From Desulfosoma sp. (GTDB lineage Bacteria > Desulfobacterota > Syntrophobacteria > Syntrophobacterales > DSM-9756), in assembly GCA_037481835.1 (NCBI GenBank), contig JBBFKW010000012.1:93505-157504 (forward strand): a stretch of 64,000 nucleotides of DNA, written 5' to 3'. The notes beneath the pieces are model-generated. The model worked only from the letters and a program-made list of their open reading frames with translations, was not told the DNA's origin and made no database searches. This document shows, in pieces, positions 30,845 to 41,631 of this stretch (the first letter of the stretch is position 1; every line of letters starts with the position of its first letter). A program made the position numbers and the translations under genes.

Positions 30845-32887
30845 TTAAAAGTCCTGGAAATCCTCGTCAAAGGGGATGAGCTCTTCCGGCTTGGCCGGGT
30901 TCACGCCTTTTGTCACGCCAGACTTGGAGGATGGACGGGCCTTGCCGTTTCCGGCTTTCACCGCGGGCTTTGCCGCACCCGCATGAGCGGCCTCCCGTCC
31001 GGGCTCGGCCGCCTTTCGGCTGTCGGTCTTTTTCTCCTTGCGCCGCACGAAGCACAGGCCCTTTTGTTCGCCACGGCGTCCTACAAGGGCCTGGAGCTCT
31101 TCCACCAGGGCCTGGAGCTGGGCCGCCTGGGCGCTCAATTCTTCCGCCGCTGCCGCCGATTCCTCCGCATTGGCCGCCGTTTGCTGCACCACCTTGTCCA
31201 TCTGGGAAATGGCCGTGTTCACCTGGCCGATCCCTTCGCTCTGCTCATGGGACGCGGCGGCGATCTCGTTCACCAGTTCCGCCACCTTGGCCACACTTTC
31301 ATGGACCTGGGAAAACGCCTGGTTTGTGGCTTCCGTCAAGTCCGCCCCTTCCTTGACGCGCACGACGGTGCCTTCGATGAGCTGGGCCGTGTTCTTGGCC
31401 GCCTCCGCCGCCCTCATGGCCAGGCTGCGCACTTCGTCGGCCACCACGGCGAACCCCGCGCCCGCCTCCCCGGCCCGCGCGGCCTCCACCGCGGCGTTGA
31501 GCGCCAGAAGATTGGTCTGGAAGGCGATCTCATCGATGGTCTTGATGATCTTCTGGGTTTCCTGGCTGGAACGGTTGATCTCTTCCATGGAACGCAGCAG
31601 TTCGGCCATGGATCCCTTGGCCTGTTCGGCGGCCTTGGCGGCCTGTTTCATGAGCCCGTCGGCCTGGGCGGCGTTGTCGGCGTTTTGGCGGGTCATGGAG
31701 GCCATCTCTTCCACGGCGGAAGAGGTTTCTTCGATGCCGGCCGCCTGCTGGGATGAGCCTTCAGCGAGTTGCTGACTCGCCGACGCCACCTGGCCCGCGG
31801 CGGACGCCACCTGTTCGGCGCTTTCCCCGAGCTCTTCGGCGGACTTGCGGAGCACCGCATTGATCCCCCGCGTGACGAGCACTCCCAAAATCGCAGCCAA
31901 AAGGAGGCCCAAGACGGAGACCGCCGCCATGATGCCTTTCATGCGACCGGCAAAAACGGAGGCTTCCTCAGCCGTTTTTTCTCCGACCGTCTGATTGATT
32001 TGCACCACCTTGTCCAGGAGAGGCAAGGCAACCCGCTGTTTCTCTGTGACCGGGCCGAGAAGGTGTTGCATAAGGGCGTGCATCTGGGCCAGAGCTTCAT
32101 TCGCCAGGCCGTCCACGGCTTCCAGGTCCTTGAAGACAACCTCCCGGGATGCCCGAAGCTGATTTTCGACGATCATGCGGGCCTCGTCCGTGCGCCCCGA
32201 GGCCACCAGTTCCTTGATGGCGTGCACCGCTTCGTGGAACCGGCGGTGCGGCTCAGCTATGTCGGTGAGGATTTTTTTCAGGTTGGGGTTTTCCGTCCGA
32301 AACTCAGCGAGCCACTTTCCGAATCGGCAGGCCGTGTGATCGTCTCCCCCTTCAAAGGTTTTCCCCGTGAGCACCATGTCGAGCACCCGGGCTTCCAAAT
32401 TATAGTGATCCCCCCGGAAGGTGGCGATGTCTCGCTTGAGCTGATCGGGATCGGCAATGCCCAGGGCATCAAAGTTTTTGGCCATCTGGATGGCCTTGTC
32501 ATTTTCGGCCTTCCAGCTTTCCAAGGCCGCTTTAAACTGTTTCCAGGTTTCAGCCTCTTCGGCAGTTTTGGGCAAGGGCTCGTAAGCTTTTATCGCCTCC
32601 ATCTCCCTTTCCCGAGCCGCAGCGATGTTTTCGTACTGGCGTTTTCGCACGGCGGGATCCAGCCCCGAGATGGCCAGGGTGCGCAAACTGCCCCGGATGT
32701 CTTGCAGCTCATTGGCCATGGTCAGTGTGGAGTCCACGCTGGGCAGCCTCACATGGCCCACCTCTTCCAGGGCATGGACGCCCCGCACAGCGGTAAAGTA
32801 TCCCACCGCCCCCAGCGCCGCCGTCACAAGGCACACCACGGCGAAGCTCATTGCCAGTTTCTTTCCTACCGTCCATTTCTTCTTCAT
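30845..32887 (-). CDS. Methyl-accepting chemotaxis protein, 4HB sensor with inserted CZB domain
   Basis: Two TMs, [10 protein letters not shown]...[29 protein letters not shown]-terminal DFQDF. Confidence 0.93.
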   Translation of the reverse strand: MKKKWTVGKKLAMSFAVVCLVTAALGAVGYFTAVRGVHALEEVGHVRLPSVDSTLTMANELQDIRGSLRTLAISGLDPAVRKRQYENIAAAREREMEAIKAYEPLPKTAEEAETWKQFKAALESWKAENDKAIQMAKNFDALGIADPDQLKRDIATFRGDHYNLEARVLDMVLTGKTFEGGDDHTACRFGKWLAEFRTENPNLKKILTDIAEPHRRFHEAVHAIKELVASGRTDEARMIVENQLRASREVVFKDLEAVDGLANEALAQMHALMQHLLGPVTEKQRVALPLLDKVVQINQTVGEKTAEEASVFAGRMKGIMAAVSVLGLLLAAILGVLVTRGINAVLRKSAEELGESAEQVASAAGQVASASQQLAEGSSQQAAGIEETSSAVEEMASMTRQNADNAAQADGLMKQAAKAAEQAKGSMAELLRSMEEINRSSQETQKIIKTIDEIAFQTNLLALNAAVEAARAGEAGAGFAVVADEVRSLAMRAAEAAKNTAQLIEGTVVRVKEGADLTEATNQAFSQVHESVAKVAELVNEIAAASHEQSEGIGQVNTAISQMDKVVQQTAANAEESAAAAEELSAQAAQLQALVEELQALVGRRGEQKGLCFVRRKEKKTDSRKAAEPGREAAHAGAAKPAVKAGNGKARPSSKSGVTKGVNPAKPEELIPFDEDFQDF

Positions 32888-33321
32888 GGTACCGCCCTCC
32901 TTGGTTTGTAAATTTTTTCAACGCTGCGCTCCCTGAAAGCGCAAACCGACGTTTCGCGGCTCAGGCATTTGAGCACCTCGGGAACGGCGGCATCGTCGGC
33001 ATCCGATAGGGCGATGAAACACGGCGAATAGGACTGCACCGCAAGGATAAGATCCTCATCGGGAGCCAAAACCGCCGCCGCCACCTTGAGATGCCTCAGC
33101 CGGTCCCTGCACGGCTCCAGGGGCTCCAAATCCTGAAATCCCGCAACCACCATGAGAAACACACGGGCGTCGGCCACATACCGGGGATCGCCATCCATGG
33201 CCTCCCGCCAGTCCATCCACCGCCACCCCTCCTCCCGGGAAAGCTCCGCCATGGCCGAGGCCATGCGGCGGCTGCGGCGATCTCGCTGCGTTCTTTTGGG
33301 CAGATGATAGAGTGCGATCAT
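32884..33321 (-). CDS. Hypothetical protein coupled to the MCP
   Basis: GGAGGG RBS, ATG 33321, ATGA overlap with MCP start. Confidence 0.6.
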   Translation of the reverse strand: MIALYHLPKRTQRDRRSRRMASAMAELSREEGWRWMDWREAMDGDPRYVADARVFLMVVAGFQDLEPLEPCRDRLRHLKVAAAVLAPDEDLILAVQSYSPCFIALSDADDAAVPEVLKCLSRETSVCAFRERSVEKIYKPRRAVP

Positions 33322-33367
33322 GAGCCGTCCCTCCGGTTCCGCGTGCCATGACAGTTCACTCGGATTA

Positions 33368-33382
33368 TCAATTTGCATGCCA
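33368..33382 (-). promoter_or_regulatory. Putative sigma-54 promoter
   Basis: TGGCATGCAAATTGA vs consensus TGGCACGNNNNTTGC. Confidence 0.6.
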
Positions 33383-33534
33383 AAGAAGCGAAATTTCTTT
33401 CGGGTCCCCACCTTCTTGAGGTGCGGCCCGAGGGAACCGAGGTTTTGCACGCACACGATTGCAAAATCCAGACATCCGGGGAGCACGCCCGTTGCCGGCT
33501 CCAATCGTCGGCATGCCGGTCCCCTCAATCCGAA

Positions 33535-33620
33535 GGGTGTCCTGTTTTTCAGGACACCCGCCCCGTGATGCTCGGCAACGCCGTCCTCTTTTTCAGGACA
33601 GTCGTCTTGCTTTTCGGGAC
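33535..33620. promoter_or_regulatory. Three palindromic candidate enhancer (UAS) sites
   Basis: GTCCTGTTTTTCAGGAC (33539), GTCCTCTTTTTCAGGAC (33583), GTCTTGCTTTTCGGGAC (33604). Confidence 0.65.
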
Positions 33621-33639
33621 GGCTCTGAAGCCCGAAGGA

Positions 33640-35118
33640 TTATTTTTGGGATGCTTGATCGGGAGGGCTTTGGGGCCGGATGGAGCCGGCTTCCTTGAGG
33701 AGGGCGTAGAGCCTGGAACGGGAAAGACCGCTCAGGGCGCAAGCCTTTTCCACATTGCCGCCGCATCGTTCCAAGAGGCGCTCAAAGTAGCGCCGATCGG
33801 CCCAATCCAAAACATGCTGCCGAAAGGCTTTATAGGTGGGAAATTGCGGATTTTCGAAAATTTTTTCCAGTGCGTCCGCCGAACCTTGGGCGTCTTGAGG
33901 GAGACTTTGTGAGGTTTCGGCCGCGGCCGCACGGGCCCGCTCCGCCCGCGCCGCACTCACGGCCGCCCGCACATGGGGAGGCAAATGCACGGCAAAAAGG
34001 GTCGGGCTTGCCGGGCTTACGGCCAGGGCATGGAGGGTGGCGTGGAGGAGTTCCCGCACGTTTCCCGGCCAGGAATACGCCAGGACCGTCTCCAGGAAAT
34101 CCGGCGAGAGCCCCTTGACCTCGCCGCCTCCTCTCGAGGCCTCGCGACGGAGAATATCCTGAATGATGGGAAGGATATCGTCTTTTCGATCCCGAAGGGG
34201 CGGCACGGCAAGCCGCATGCCCGCCAGGCGATAATACAGGTCCCTGCGAAAGGCTCCCTTTTGGACCATGTCTTCCAGGTTGCGGTGGGTTGCGGCGATC
34301 ACCCGGAAATCGGACGTCACTTCGGCGGAAGAGCCCATGGGCCGGAAGGTCTTTTCCTGGAGGACGCGCAAGAGCTTGGCTTGGGCTGCAGGGGGAAGAT
34401 CGCCCACCTCGTCGAGGAACAGCGTTCCCCCGTGCGCCAGTTTCACCAAACCCACGCGGCTCTTGTCCGCCCCGGTGAAGGCCCCTTTTTCATGGCCGAA
34501 AAGGTGGCTTTCCACCAAGTGTTCCGGAATGACCGTACAGTCCACGACGACAAAAGGCTTGGCGGAGCGGGCGCTCCGGCCGTGGATGCCCCGGGCGATG
34601 AGCTCCTTGCCCGTGCCCGTCTCTCCGGTAATGAGAACGGCGACATCGCAGGCCGCCGCTTGGGATGCCGTGTGCAGACATTCCATCATGGCCGGCGACG
34701 TGGCCACCAGCCCCGGGATGCTGAACACCGCGGCGCTCGGCGGGGCCGACGAGCGCCGATAATCCAGGGCGCGCACCACGGCCAAGCGCACATCATCCGG
34801 CATCAAGGGCTTGGACAGGTAATCCCATGCCCCGTGTTCCATGGCCAAGGCCGCCCCGGAAGTTTCCGCCCTTCCCGTCATGATGACCACCTCGGGGCGG
34901 CCTTGGGAATTGCGAAACTTTTCTAAGGCGTCCAGCCCGCACCCGTCGGGCAGCCATACATCCAGAAAGACCACATCGAAGGGCTGGGCTTTTGAGGCCT
35001 GCAGCGCTTCTTCGAGCGACGCCGCGCTTCGCACCTGAAGCCCCAAATCTTCGAGAACCCCTTGGAGAAGATCGCGCACCGGCCCATCGTCATCGACCAC
35101 CAGAATTCGCCCGGTCAT
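33640..35118 (-). CDS. Sigma-54-dependent response regulator (NtrC family)
   Basis: REC, GETGTGKE, GAFTGA, LFLDEV, WPGNVREL, Fis HTH. Confidence 0.95.
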   Translation of the reverse strand: MTGRILVVDDDGPVRDLLQGVLEDLGLQVRSAASLEEALQASKAQPFDVVFLDVWLPDGCGLDALEKFRNSQGRPEVVIMTGRAETSGAALAMEHGAWDYLSKPLMPDDVRLAVVRALDYRRSSAPPSAAVFSIPGLVATSPAMMECLHTASQAAACDVAVLITGETGTGKELIARGIHGRSARSAKPFVVVDCTVIPEHLVESHLFGHEKGAFTGADKSRVGLVKLAHGGTLFLDEVGDLPPAAQAKLLRVLQEKTFRPMGSSAEVTSDFRVIAATHRNLEDMVQKGAFRRDLYYRLAGMRLAVPPLRDRKDDILPIIQDILRREASRGGGEVKGLSPDFLETVLAYSWPGNVRELLHATLHALAVSPASPTLFAVHLPPHVRAAVSAARAERARAAAAETSQSLPQDAQGSADALEKIFENPQFPTYKAFRQHVLDWADRRYFERLLERCGGNVEKACALSGLSRSRLYALLKEAGSIRPQSPPDQASQK

Positions 35119-36673
35119 CCGCTCCTCGACCTTCTAGACAATCTTGCAAAACCCTCATGAGTTCGCTCTTCATTACGGGCTTGTACAGGATCTTGTCAAT
35201 TACGGTGGAATCCATGCACGGCCCGCCTGAGGGGTCCGTGTAGCCCGTGAGCATCACGATGGGGAGGTCGGGGCGAAGGGCCTTGACCGAGTGGGCGAGC
35301 TCCGTGCCGCTCATGCCGGGCATGGAAAGATCCGTCAGGAGAAGATCGGGGGCAGAAGATGGGGACTGGCAGGCATTCAAAGCCTTGGAGGGATCGGAAA
35401 ACAGAGTCAGCCGATCCACGTGCGGAGACAGGAAGGTTTCCAAGATGCGAAGCACGTCGGAGTCGTCGTCCACGGCCACGACGTGGGCCTGGAATTTTTT
35501 TTCGGCAACCGGTTCGGAAGCGGCTTCCGGCAAGGCAGGCTCCGAAGCGGCGGGCAAAAGGACGTGAAATACAGCCCCCCCTTGAGGGTTGTCTCCCACC
35601 CAAACGGAGCCGCCCAAGCGATTGACAATGCCCGAGACGATGAAAAGACCCAAGCCGGTGCCTTGGTCCGGTCCTTTCGTGGTGAAGTAGGGATCAAAGA
35701 TCCTTTCCCGAAGGTCCGCGGGAACTCCTGGACCGGTATCCGCCACCGAAAGGTGCACCCACGATTTGGAGGCTTCGGGAGCCTTCCTTAAAATCTCCGC
35801 GTCCCGGCACGGGCACGCCAGCCGAAAGCGGATGGTTCCCTTGTCCTTTCCCACCGCGTGGAAGGCGTTCACGGAAAGGTTCATGATCACTTGGTGGATC
35901 TCCACGGGATCGGCCCGCACCGGAGCCGCCTCGGGAAGCCCTTCATAGGCAATCTCTATGGTTTTGGGCACCCCGGCCCGAAGGAGCTTGGCGCATTCCT
36001 TGAGGATGGGCACCGTGTCCACGACCGCAGGGGGAGAGGAGTCATCACGGCTCAAAAGGAGGATTTGTCCCGCCAAATTCTTGGCCCGTCGGCCCGCATC
36101 CAGAATTCTTTGGAAAATCCGTGCCGACGGATCCCCCGGGCGGCACCGCTCCACCCCCATCTGCGCATAACCCAGAATGGGCATGAGAATGTTGTTGAAA
36201 TCATGGGCGATCCCGGCCGCCAAAGCAGCCAGGGACTCCATGCGCTGAGCCCGGTGGAGTTGTTTGAGGAGTTCGAGTTTTTCGTGTTCCGCCCGCTTCC
36301 GGGCCGTTTCGTCCTCGTAGACCGCCAGAATCTCGCCCGAGGGAAGCTTGCACACGTAGTTTTCCACCCAAAGAGCGATCCGGCTGTCTTGGTACATGGA
36401 GATGGGGAGTCTTTGCGGGACGCCCGTGCGATAAACTTCCCGGAAGACCTTGAGCAGCCCCAGATCCCTCACGCCGGGATAGACTTCCGTCACGCGCCGT
36501 CCCAGGTGGGCTTCCCGGGGCAGCCGACCGATGCGGGCTCCTGCGGGATTGATGTCCTTGAAGATAAAATCCTCGCCGTCGTCGACGGCTTCATAGACGG
36601 CGATTCCCGTGGAGGCATGCTCGAAAATCTCCCGGAACAGTCTTTCCACACCCGTGTTTTCGTGATCCCCCAT
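35090..36673 (-). CDS. Cytoplasmic PAS hybrid histidine kinase/receiver
   Basis: PAS, AHDFNN, DPYFTTK, GTGLGL, C-terminal REC. Confidence 0.9.
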   Translation of the reverse strand: MGDHENTGVERLFREIFEHASTGIAVYEAVDDGEDFIFKDINPAGARIGRLPREAHLGRRVTEVYPGVRDLGLLKVFREVYRTGVPQRLPISMYQDSRIALWVENYVCKLPSGEILAVYEDETARKRAEHEKLELLKQLHRAQRMESLAALAAGIAHDFNNILMPILGYAQMGVERCRPGDPSARIFQRILDAGRRAKNLAGQILLLSRDDSSPPAVVDTVPILKECAKLLRAGVPKTIEIAYEGLPEAAPVRADPVEIHQVIMNLSVNAFHAVGKDKGTIRFRLACPCRDAEILRKAPEASKSWVHLSVADTGPGVPADLRERIFDPYFTTKGPDQGTGLGLFIVSGIVNRLGGSVWVGDNPQGGAVFHVLLPAASEPALPEAASEPVAEKKFQAHVVAVDDDSDVLRILETFLSPHVDRLTLFSDPSKALNACQSPSSAPDLLLTDLSMPGMSGTELAHSVKALRPDLPIVMLTGYTDPSGGPCMDSTVIDKILYKPVMKSELMRVLQDCLEGRGADDRANSGGR

Positions 36674-37307
36674 TCGGCCCCCCCCGTTTGCCCATGTTTC
36701 AACCGCGCCGCTTCTGCCGAGGCCTCCCTGTTTGACCAGCGAATAAGGTGAATAGCATGCCTGTGCATTTAAGCTTAGCATAAATGAAAAGCACAAGACA
36801 TTTTGAACAATCCTTCGCAAAGTCAGGACGCGACCTTCTGAGATGCCCAAGGTGGTATTGTGCAGAAAACCCAATCGGCCCTCAAGAAAAAAACCAGGCG
36901 GGACAGTGGGATGATGGCGACTCTAGGGCCGAACGCAGTGCCTCCCGAAAAAATCCTTGGGCGCGCTTACCCCCCACAGGTGGGAAGGCGTGAAGGGCGC
37001 TCTACGGTCGGGCCAAGGTGGAGCGCCGCCCGAAAACCTCCGATGCAGGTGGAGGGAATAACCGGCGCACGGTTCGCCTCCAGGCCACAAGTTTTGGTTG
37101 GTTCCGGCAGAAGATGGATTCTCGGCCTGCGTTGGGATTGCCGACCCGCCTTGCGGGCATGAGGCATCAAGGCCGTTCGGGAAGAGTCTGTCGGAGAGGA
37201 ATGAGGGTCGACGCGGTGCCTGGCGCCTTCAATCTTCACGAGTCCCAAGGGGAACCCGGGGATGAGCGGGAGAGCTGCCGGTCATCCCCGGGACCGCTGC
37301 TTATTGA

Positions 37308-39323
37308 TTAAAAATCTGCAAAATCTTCATCGAAGGGAATGAGTTCTTCGGGCTTTCGGCGCGCAGAGGCCGATCCGTTCCCTCCTCCCTTAAGACCGCG
37401 AGGCTGGGCTGGCATGGTCGGGGTTTGCCGTTTTATGCCCGACCCGCCACCGTGGGCGCCAGGGCGTCCCGATCGGCCATCCCGTACCGTTTCTTCCGTC
37501 GTTACTCTTCCCGCTTTGCCAAAGCGCCTTTTCTTTGCCGAACGGGTTGGATCCGCCGTTTGGACAGTGCCCACCATGGCCGCCAGCTTGGAAACGAAGC
37601 CGCGCATCTGTTCCGCCTGGGCGTTGAGTTCCTCGGCGGCAGAGGCGGACTCTTCGGCATTGGCCGCGTTTCTTTGAATGACCTTATCCATTTCGGCCAC
37701 GGCCCGGTTGACCTGATCGATCCCTTCAGCCTGTTCCCCCGAAGCGGCGGCGATTTCTCCCACCAGTTCCCCGATGCGCGCCGATCCCTGGGACACCTTC
37801 CCGAAGGCGTCGTTGGCTTGCGCCAGGACCTGATCGCCCTCGTGGACTTTGTTCACCGTGTCTTCGATGAGCTGCGCCGTGGTGCGAGCGGCATCGGCGG
37901 CCCGCATGGCCAGGTTGCGCACCTCATCGGCCACCACGGCGAATCCCGCTCCGGCTTCCCCGGCTCGAGCGGCCTCCACGGCGGCATTGAGGGCCAGGAG
38001 GTTCGTTTGGAATGCGATTTCGTCAATGGTCTTGATGATCTTTTGAGTCTCTTCGCTGGCGGAGGCGATCTGCGCCATGGATTGGGTGAGCGCCTGCATG
38101 GACCGTTGCGCCTCCTGAATGTCCTTCAAGGCGGTTTTCACGATGCCGTCCGCCTGGCTGGCGTTGTCGGCGTTCTGGCGGGTCATGGACGCCATTTCCT
38201 CCAGCGCCGAGGAGGTTTCTTCCAAAGAAGCCGCCTGTTCGCTGGTGCCCTCGGCAAGCTGCTGGCTCGCCCCGGCCACCTGGGAGGCCGCGGCGGCCAC
38301 CTGTTCGGCGCCGGCATTCAGCCCGTCCACCGCTTCCATGATGGGTGCCGTCACCTTTCGAGAGAACACGTAAAAAACGGCCAGGGTCATCAAAAGAGCC
38401 ACGGCGCCGATGGACAGCATGCCCATGACCTGGCGCCGCACGGGTTCGAGAAACTCCGATGCGGGCTGGGTCGCCCCCACCATCCAGCCGTTGATGCCGA
38501 CGGGGGCGTAGCCCGAAATTTTCTTCTCACCCTTGAACACGTAGTCCACCACACCGGCCGTCTGGGTCGCCATGGCTTTGGCGAGGTTTTCCAGCCCCGG
38601 GGTTTTGGTGAGATCGAGTTTGAGGATGTTTTCCTTCACGGGATGGGAAATGCAGAGGCCGTTTCGATCCACCATGTAGGCATAGCCGGTCTTGCCTACC
38701 TTGGTTTTGCTCAGGGTTTCGATGAGAAAGTCGATCCGGGCGGTGAGGCCCAGCACGCCGCGAAAGGAGCCGTCCTGGCCCTTGAGGGGGACGGCCACAA
38801 CCACCACGGGCTGATTGGACACCTTGGATATTACGGGCTCACCGATGACCGCCTCCCCGGCGGCCTTGGCCTTTTGAAAGTAGGGCCGCTCCGCAATCTT
38901 CACCCCTTTGTAGACGTCGGTCTTTCCGTCCGGCGTTGTCCCGGCGTAGAGGGTTCCGGCGGCATCGGAAACGAACACGCCTTCGTAATTATCGCCGATG
39001 TTTTTAAGAAGAAGCAGCAGTTCTTTATTCAGGGCCTCGATCTCGCCCAGCGCGGCTTCCGGGCCGTGAACGGCGACTTTTTCAGAAGCCGCCGCCAGGG
39101 TATCCACGGAAGCCAAGGCGCGGGCCGACCACTTTTCCCCGTCGAGCACGGCGGCCACCATATCGGCCAGGCCCTGCGACTGGGCGATGGCGGCCTGTTC
39201 TGCGTTCTGGCGCAAGGCCGAAGCCGCTTTCCACGCGGAAAAGATCCCGGAAGCCGTAAGACTCAAGAAAACCAAGACGCCGCCGACGATGAGGAGTTTT
39301 CCTCGAAGTGTCCATGTTCGCAT
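37308..39323 (-). CDS. Methyl-accepting chemotaxis protein with dCache sensor
   Basis: RPYFQKA, GYAYMVD, MCP hairpin, C-terminal DFADF. Confidence 0.93.
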   Translation of the reverse strand: MRTWTLRGKLLIVGGVLVFLSLTASGIFSAWKAASALRQNAEQAAIAQSQGLADMVAAVLDGEKWSARALASVDTLAAASEKVAVHGPEAALGEIEALNKELLLLLKNIGDNYEGVFVSDAAGTLYAGTTPDGKTDVYKGVKIAERPYFQKAKAAGEAVIGEPVISKVSNQPVVVVAVPLKGQDGSFRGVLGLTARIDFLIETLSKTKVGKTGYAYMVDRNGLCISHPVKENILKLDLTKTPGLENLAKAMATQTAGVVDYVFKGEKKISGYAPVGINGWMVGATQPASEFLEPVRRQVMGMLSIGAVALLMTLAVFYVFSRKVTAPIMEAVDGLNAGAEQVAAAASQVAGASQQLAEGTSEQAASLEETSSALEEMASMTRQNADNASQADGIVKTALKDIQEAQRSMQALTQSMAQIASASEETQKIIKTIDEIAFQTNLLALNAAVEAARAGEAGAGFAVVADEVRNLAMRAADAARTTAQLIEDTVNKVHEGDQVLAQANDAFGKVSQGSARIGELVGEIAAASGEQAEGIDQVNRAVAEMDKVIQRNAANAEESASAAEELNAQAEQMRGFVSKLAAMVGTVQTADPTRSAKKRRFGKAGRVTTEETVRDGRSGRPGAHGGGSGIKRQTPTMPAQPRGLKGGGNGSASARRKPEELIPFDEDFADF

Positions 39324-39354
39324 GGGCGCTTTCTCTCCGCTGTGAGTTTTCGCT

Positions 39355-39867
39355 TTAGGCCGCCTTTTCCAGGACGCTCATCTCCTGCGTGGTGAGGACG
39401 CGGTCGATATCCAAAAGGATTTTTACGGCATCGCCCGCCTTGGCCATGCCCAGGATGTATTCCGTGGAAAGGCGGGTGCCGAACGTCGGCGTGTCTTCAA
39501 TGTCCTCTTCTTTGATGTTCACCACTTCCGAAACGGAATCCACCACAAGGCCCATCATGACCCGCCCGGCGGCGAGCCCTGAGGCCTCCACGACGATGAT
39601 GCACGTGCGTTCGTTGTAGGGGATGGATTCCATGCCGAACTTGAGCCGAAGGTCGATGACCGGGATCACCTTCCCCCGAAGATTGATCACCCCCTTGACG
39701 AAGGTCGGCGTCTGCGGAACGGGTGTGATGGGCATCATGCCGATGATTTCTTTTACCTTCAGGATGCCGATGCCGTATTCCTCTCCCCCCAGGGAAAACG
39801 TAAGGTATTTCCCCTCCCTTTCCTTTTTCTCCTCGTTCACGTTCACTCTGCCGTGTGCCGTCGCCAT
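39355..39867 (-). CDS. cheW: Chemotaxis coupling protein CheW
   Basis: [38 protein letters not shown]. Confidence 0.95.
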   Translation of the reverse strand: MATAHGRVNVNEEKKEREGKYLTFSLGGEEYGIGILKVKEIIGMMPITPVPQTPTFVKGVINLRGKVIPVIDLRLKFGMESIPYNERTCIIVVEASGLAAGRVMMGLVVDSVSEVVNIKEEDIEDTPTFGTRLSTEYILGMAKAGDAVKILLDIDRVLTTQEMSVLEKAA

Positions 39868-39970
39868 GGGACGCCTCCTTGCGCTATGGGTTCGGGTTAT
39901 GGATTCACGGTGACGCGTTCCGGTTGCAAGCCCCAAGCCTGCCTCGGGGAATCAACCTTTTCAGAGTCCC

Positions 39971-39997
39971 TAATCGGCAAAGGACAGAACGTTCTTA
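39971..39997 (-). promoter_or_regulatory. Sigma-28 (FliA) promoter of cheW-mcp
   Basis: TAAG-15 nt-GCCGATTA. Confidence 0.75.
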
Positions 39998-40224
39998 AGA
40001 AAAAAAGTCATCCTGCCGAAGCGCCTTCGGGTGCCATAATCGCCGGCACCTGGAAGATGTTCTCCACGGGCACCGCAGAGCCTCGATGGCCGATGTAGCG
40101 GGGCGGGCGTGGGCGCAACCCTTACGATTGCCCAGCGCCGCCCCTTCTCGCCTCAAATTTTTCCTTGCCGCCCGGGGCTTCTTTGTGTTAGGAAGCCGTT
40201 GCTTTCGTAAGGAAAAAGCGTTGC

Positions 40225-40302
40225 GGTGGGTGTAGCTCAATAGGTCAGAGCACTGGGTTGTGGCCCCAGAGGCTGTCGGTTCGAGTCCGATCACTCACCC
40301 CA
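40225..40302 (+). tRNA. tRNA-His(GTG)
   Basis: Cloverleaf, anticodon stem CTGGG/CCCAG with GTG, GGTTCGAGTCC, G-1/C73, encoded CCA. Confidence 0.96.
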
Positions 40303-40310
40303 TGGATTCC

Positions 40311-40333
40311 AAAAGCCGCTCTGCGGCTTTTTT
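40311..40333 (+). terminator. Terminator after tRNA-His
   Basis: AAAAGCCGC-TCT-GCGGCTTTTTT. Confidence 0.75.
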
Positions 40334-40377
40334 CATTTCCCCAAGCCGTCCTCTTCCCAGCTCCCGTGGAGGCGCCC

Positions 40378-41475
40378 ATGGCCTACGGGCCCATGCCTTT
40401 TAAACGACGAGTGCTCATTATCATCGCATCGAGCCTCGCCGCGGTCCTCTTCGGTGTGGCCGGCTACATGCATCTGTGCGGTTATACCTTCCTGGAAGCC
40501 CTATACATGACCGTCATCACCCTGACCACCGTGGGGTTCACCGAAGTGAAGCCCTTGAACGAAACGGGGCGGATCTTCACCATCGTGCTCATCACGGGAG
40601 GAGTGAGCCTCATTGCTTACCACATCGCCGCTTTCGGCGAGATGTTCGTGGAAGGCACCCTCTTGGAGGTGTACCGGAGGCATCGCGTGAAAAAGAAACT
40701 TCAGGGCATTCAAGATCACTACATCATTTGCGGCTACGGGCAGATGGGGAAAACCATCGTGGATCAGCTCATGCGCCACGGTGTGCCGCTGGTGGTCATC
40801 GAGGCTGACGAGGCGGCCTTGGGCCGGCTGCAGGAACTGGGTGTCCCCTATCTGGCCGGAGACGCCAAGGAAGAGGAAAACCTCTACGCGGCGGGCATCC
40901 TTCAAGCCAAGGGTTTGGTGGCCGTTGTCCACAGCGACACGGACAACGTCTTCATCGTCCTTACCGCGCGGGATCTGAACCGAAATCTTTTCATCTGCGC
41001 GCGGGCCGGTTCGCCCGGGACCGAAAAGCGGCTCCTCAAGGCCGGAGCGGACCGGGTGGTGTCTCCTTACGCCAGCGGCGCCATGCGCATCGCCCAAAAC
41101 ATCCTGCGTCCCACGGTGACGGATTTTCTCGAACTCGCCCTTTCGGGAGAAGGCATGGAATTGTCCATGGAAGAGCTGGTGATCCCGGACGGGGCCGATC
41201 TGGCGGGAAAAGATCTCATGCACTCCGGCATCCGCAGTGATTTCAACCTCATCATCGTCGCCATCAAACGCCCCGACGGCCTCATGATCTACAACCCCTC
41301 CCCTCGAGAGCATCTCCACGTGGGGGATACCCTCATCGCCATCGGCCCTCGGGAGAATTTGGACCGGTTCACGGAAAAGCTCTACGGCACCCGCGCGTGG
41401 GGATCGGCAGGACGCCGAAGGGCGCTCAACGGGATGCCGTCGGGTGCGGAGCTCCCAGACCGGGCGCCCAAGTGA
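40378..41475 (+). CDS. Potassium channel with RCK (TrkA-N/C) domains
   Basis: TLTTVGF pore, ICGYGQMG Rossmann, TrkA-C. Confidence 0.9.
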   Translation: MAYGPMPFKRRVLIIIASSLAAVLFGVAGYMHLCGYTFLEALYMTVITLTTVGFTEVKPLNETGRIFTIVLITGGVSLIAYHIAAFGEMFVEGTLLEVYRRHRVKKKLQGIQDHYIICGYGQMGKTIVDQLMRHGVPLVVIEADEAALGRLQELGVPYLAGDAKEEENLYAAGILQAKGLVAVVHSDTDNVFIVLTARDLNRNLFICARAGSPGTEKRLLKAGADRVVSPYASGAMRIAQNILRPTVTDFLELALSGEGMELSMEELVIPDGADLAGKDLMHSGIRSDFNLIIVAIKRPDGLMIYNPSPREHLHVGDTLIAIGPRENLDRFTEKLYGTRAWGSAGRRRALNGMPSGAELPDRAPK

Positions 41476-41631
41476 GCCAACGCGCAAGAGCTTTCTTGGG
41501 TTTGACAACCCCAAAGGCATCCCGTATATGGGATGCGGCATGTCAGAAGCGGATTTATTTGCCCAACGCTCATCCGCTGCGGGTGGGACCTTTTGATCGA
41601 ACCGCAGCGGGGCCATCCTCGGGAGGTGCCC

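Noticed and set aside
36680..37300. Long intergenic gap, possible c-di-GMP riboswitch or sRNA
   Set aside because: No GEMM motif found; only a terminator-like hairpin near 37255-37292
40225..40302. tRNA-His as an island attachment site
   Set aside because: No integrase or duplicated tRNA 3' end seen in the window
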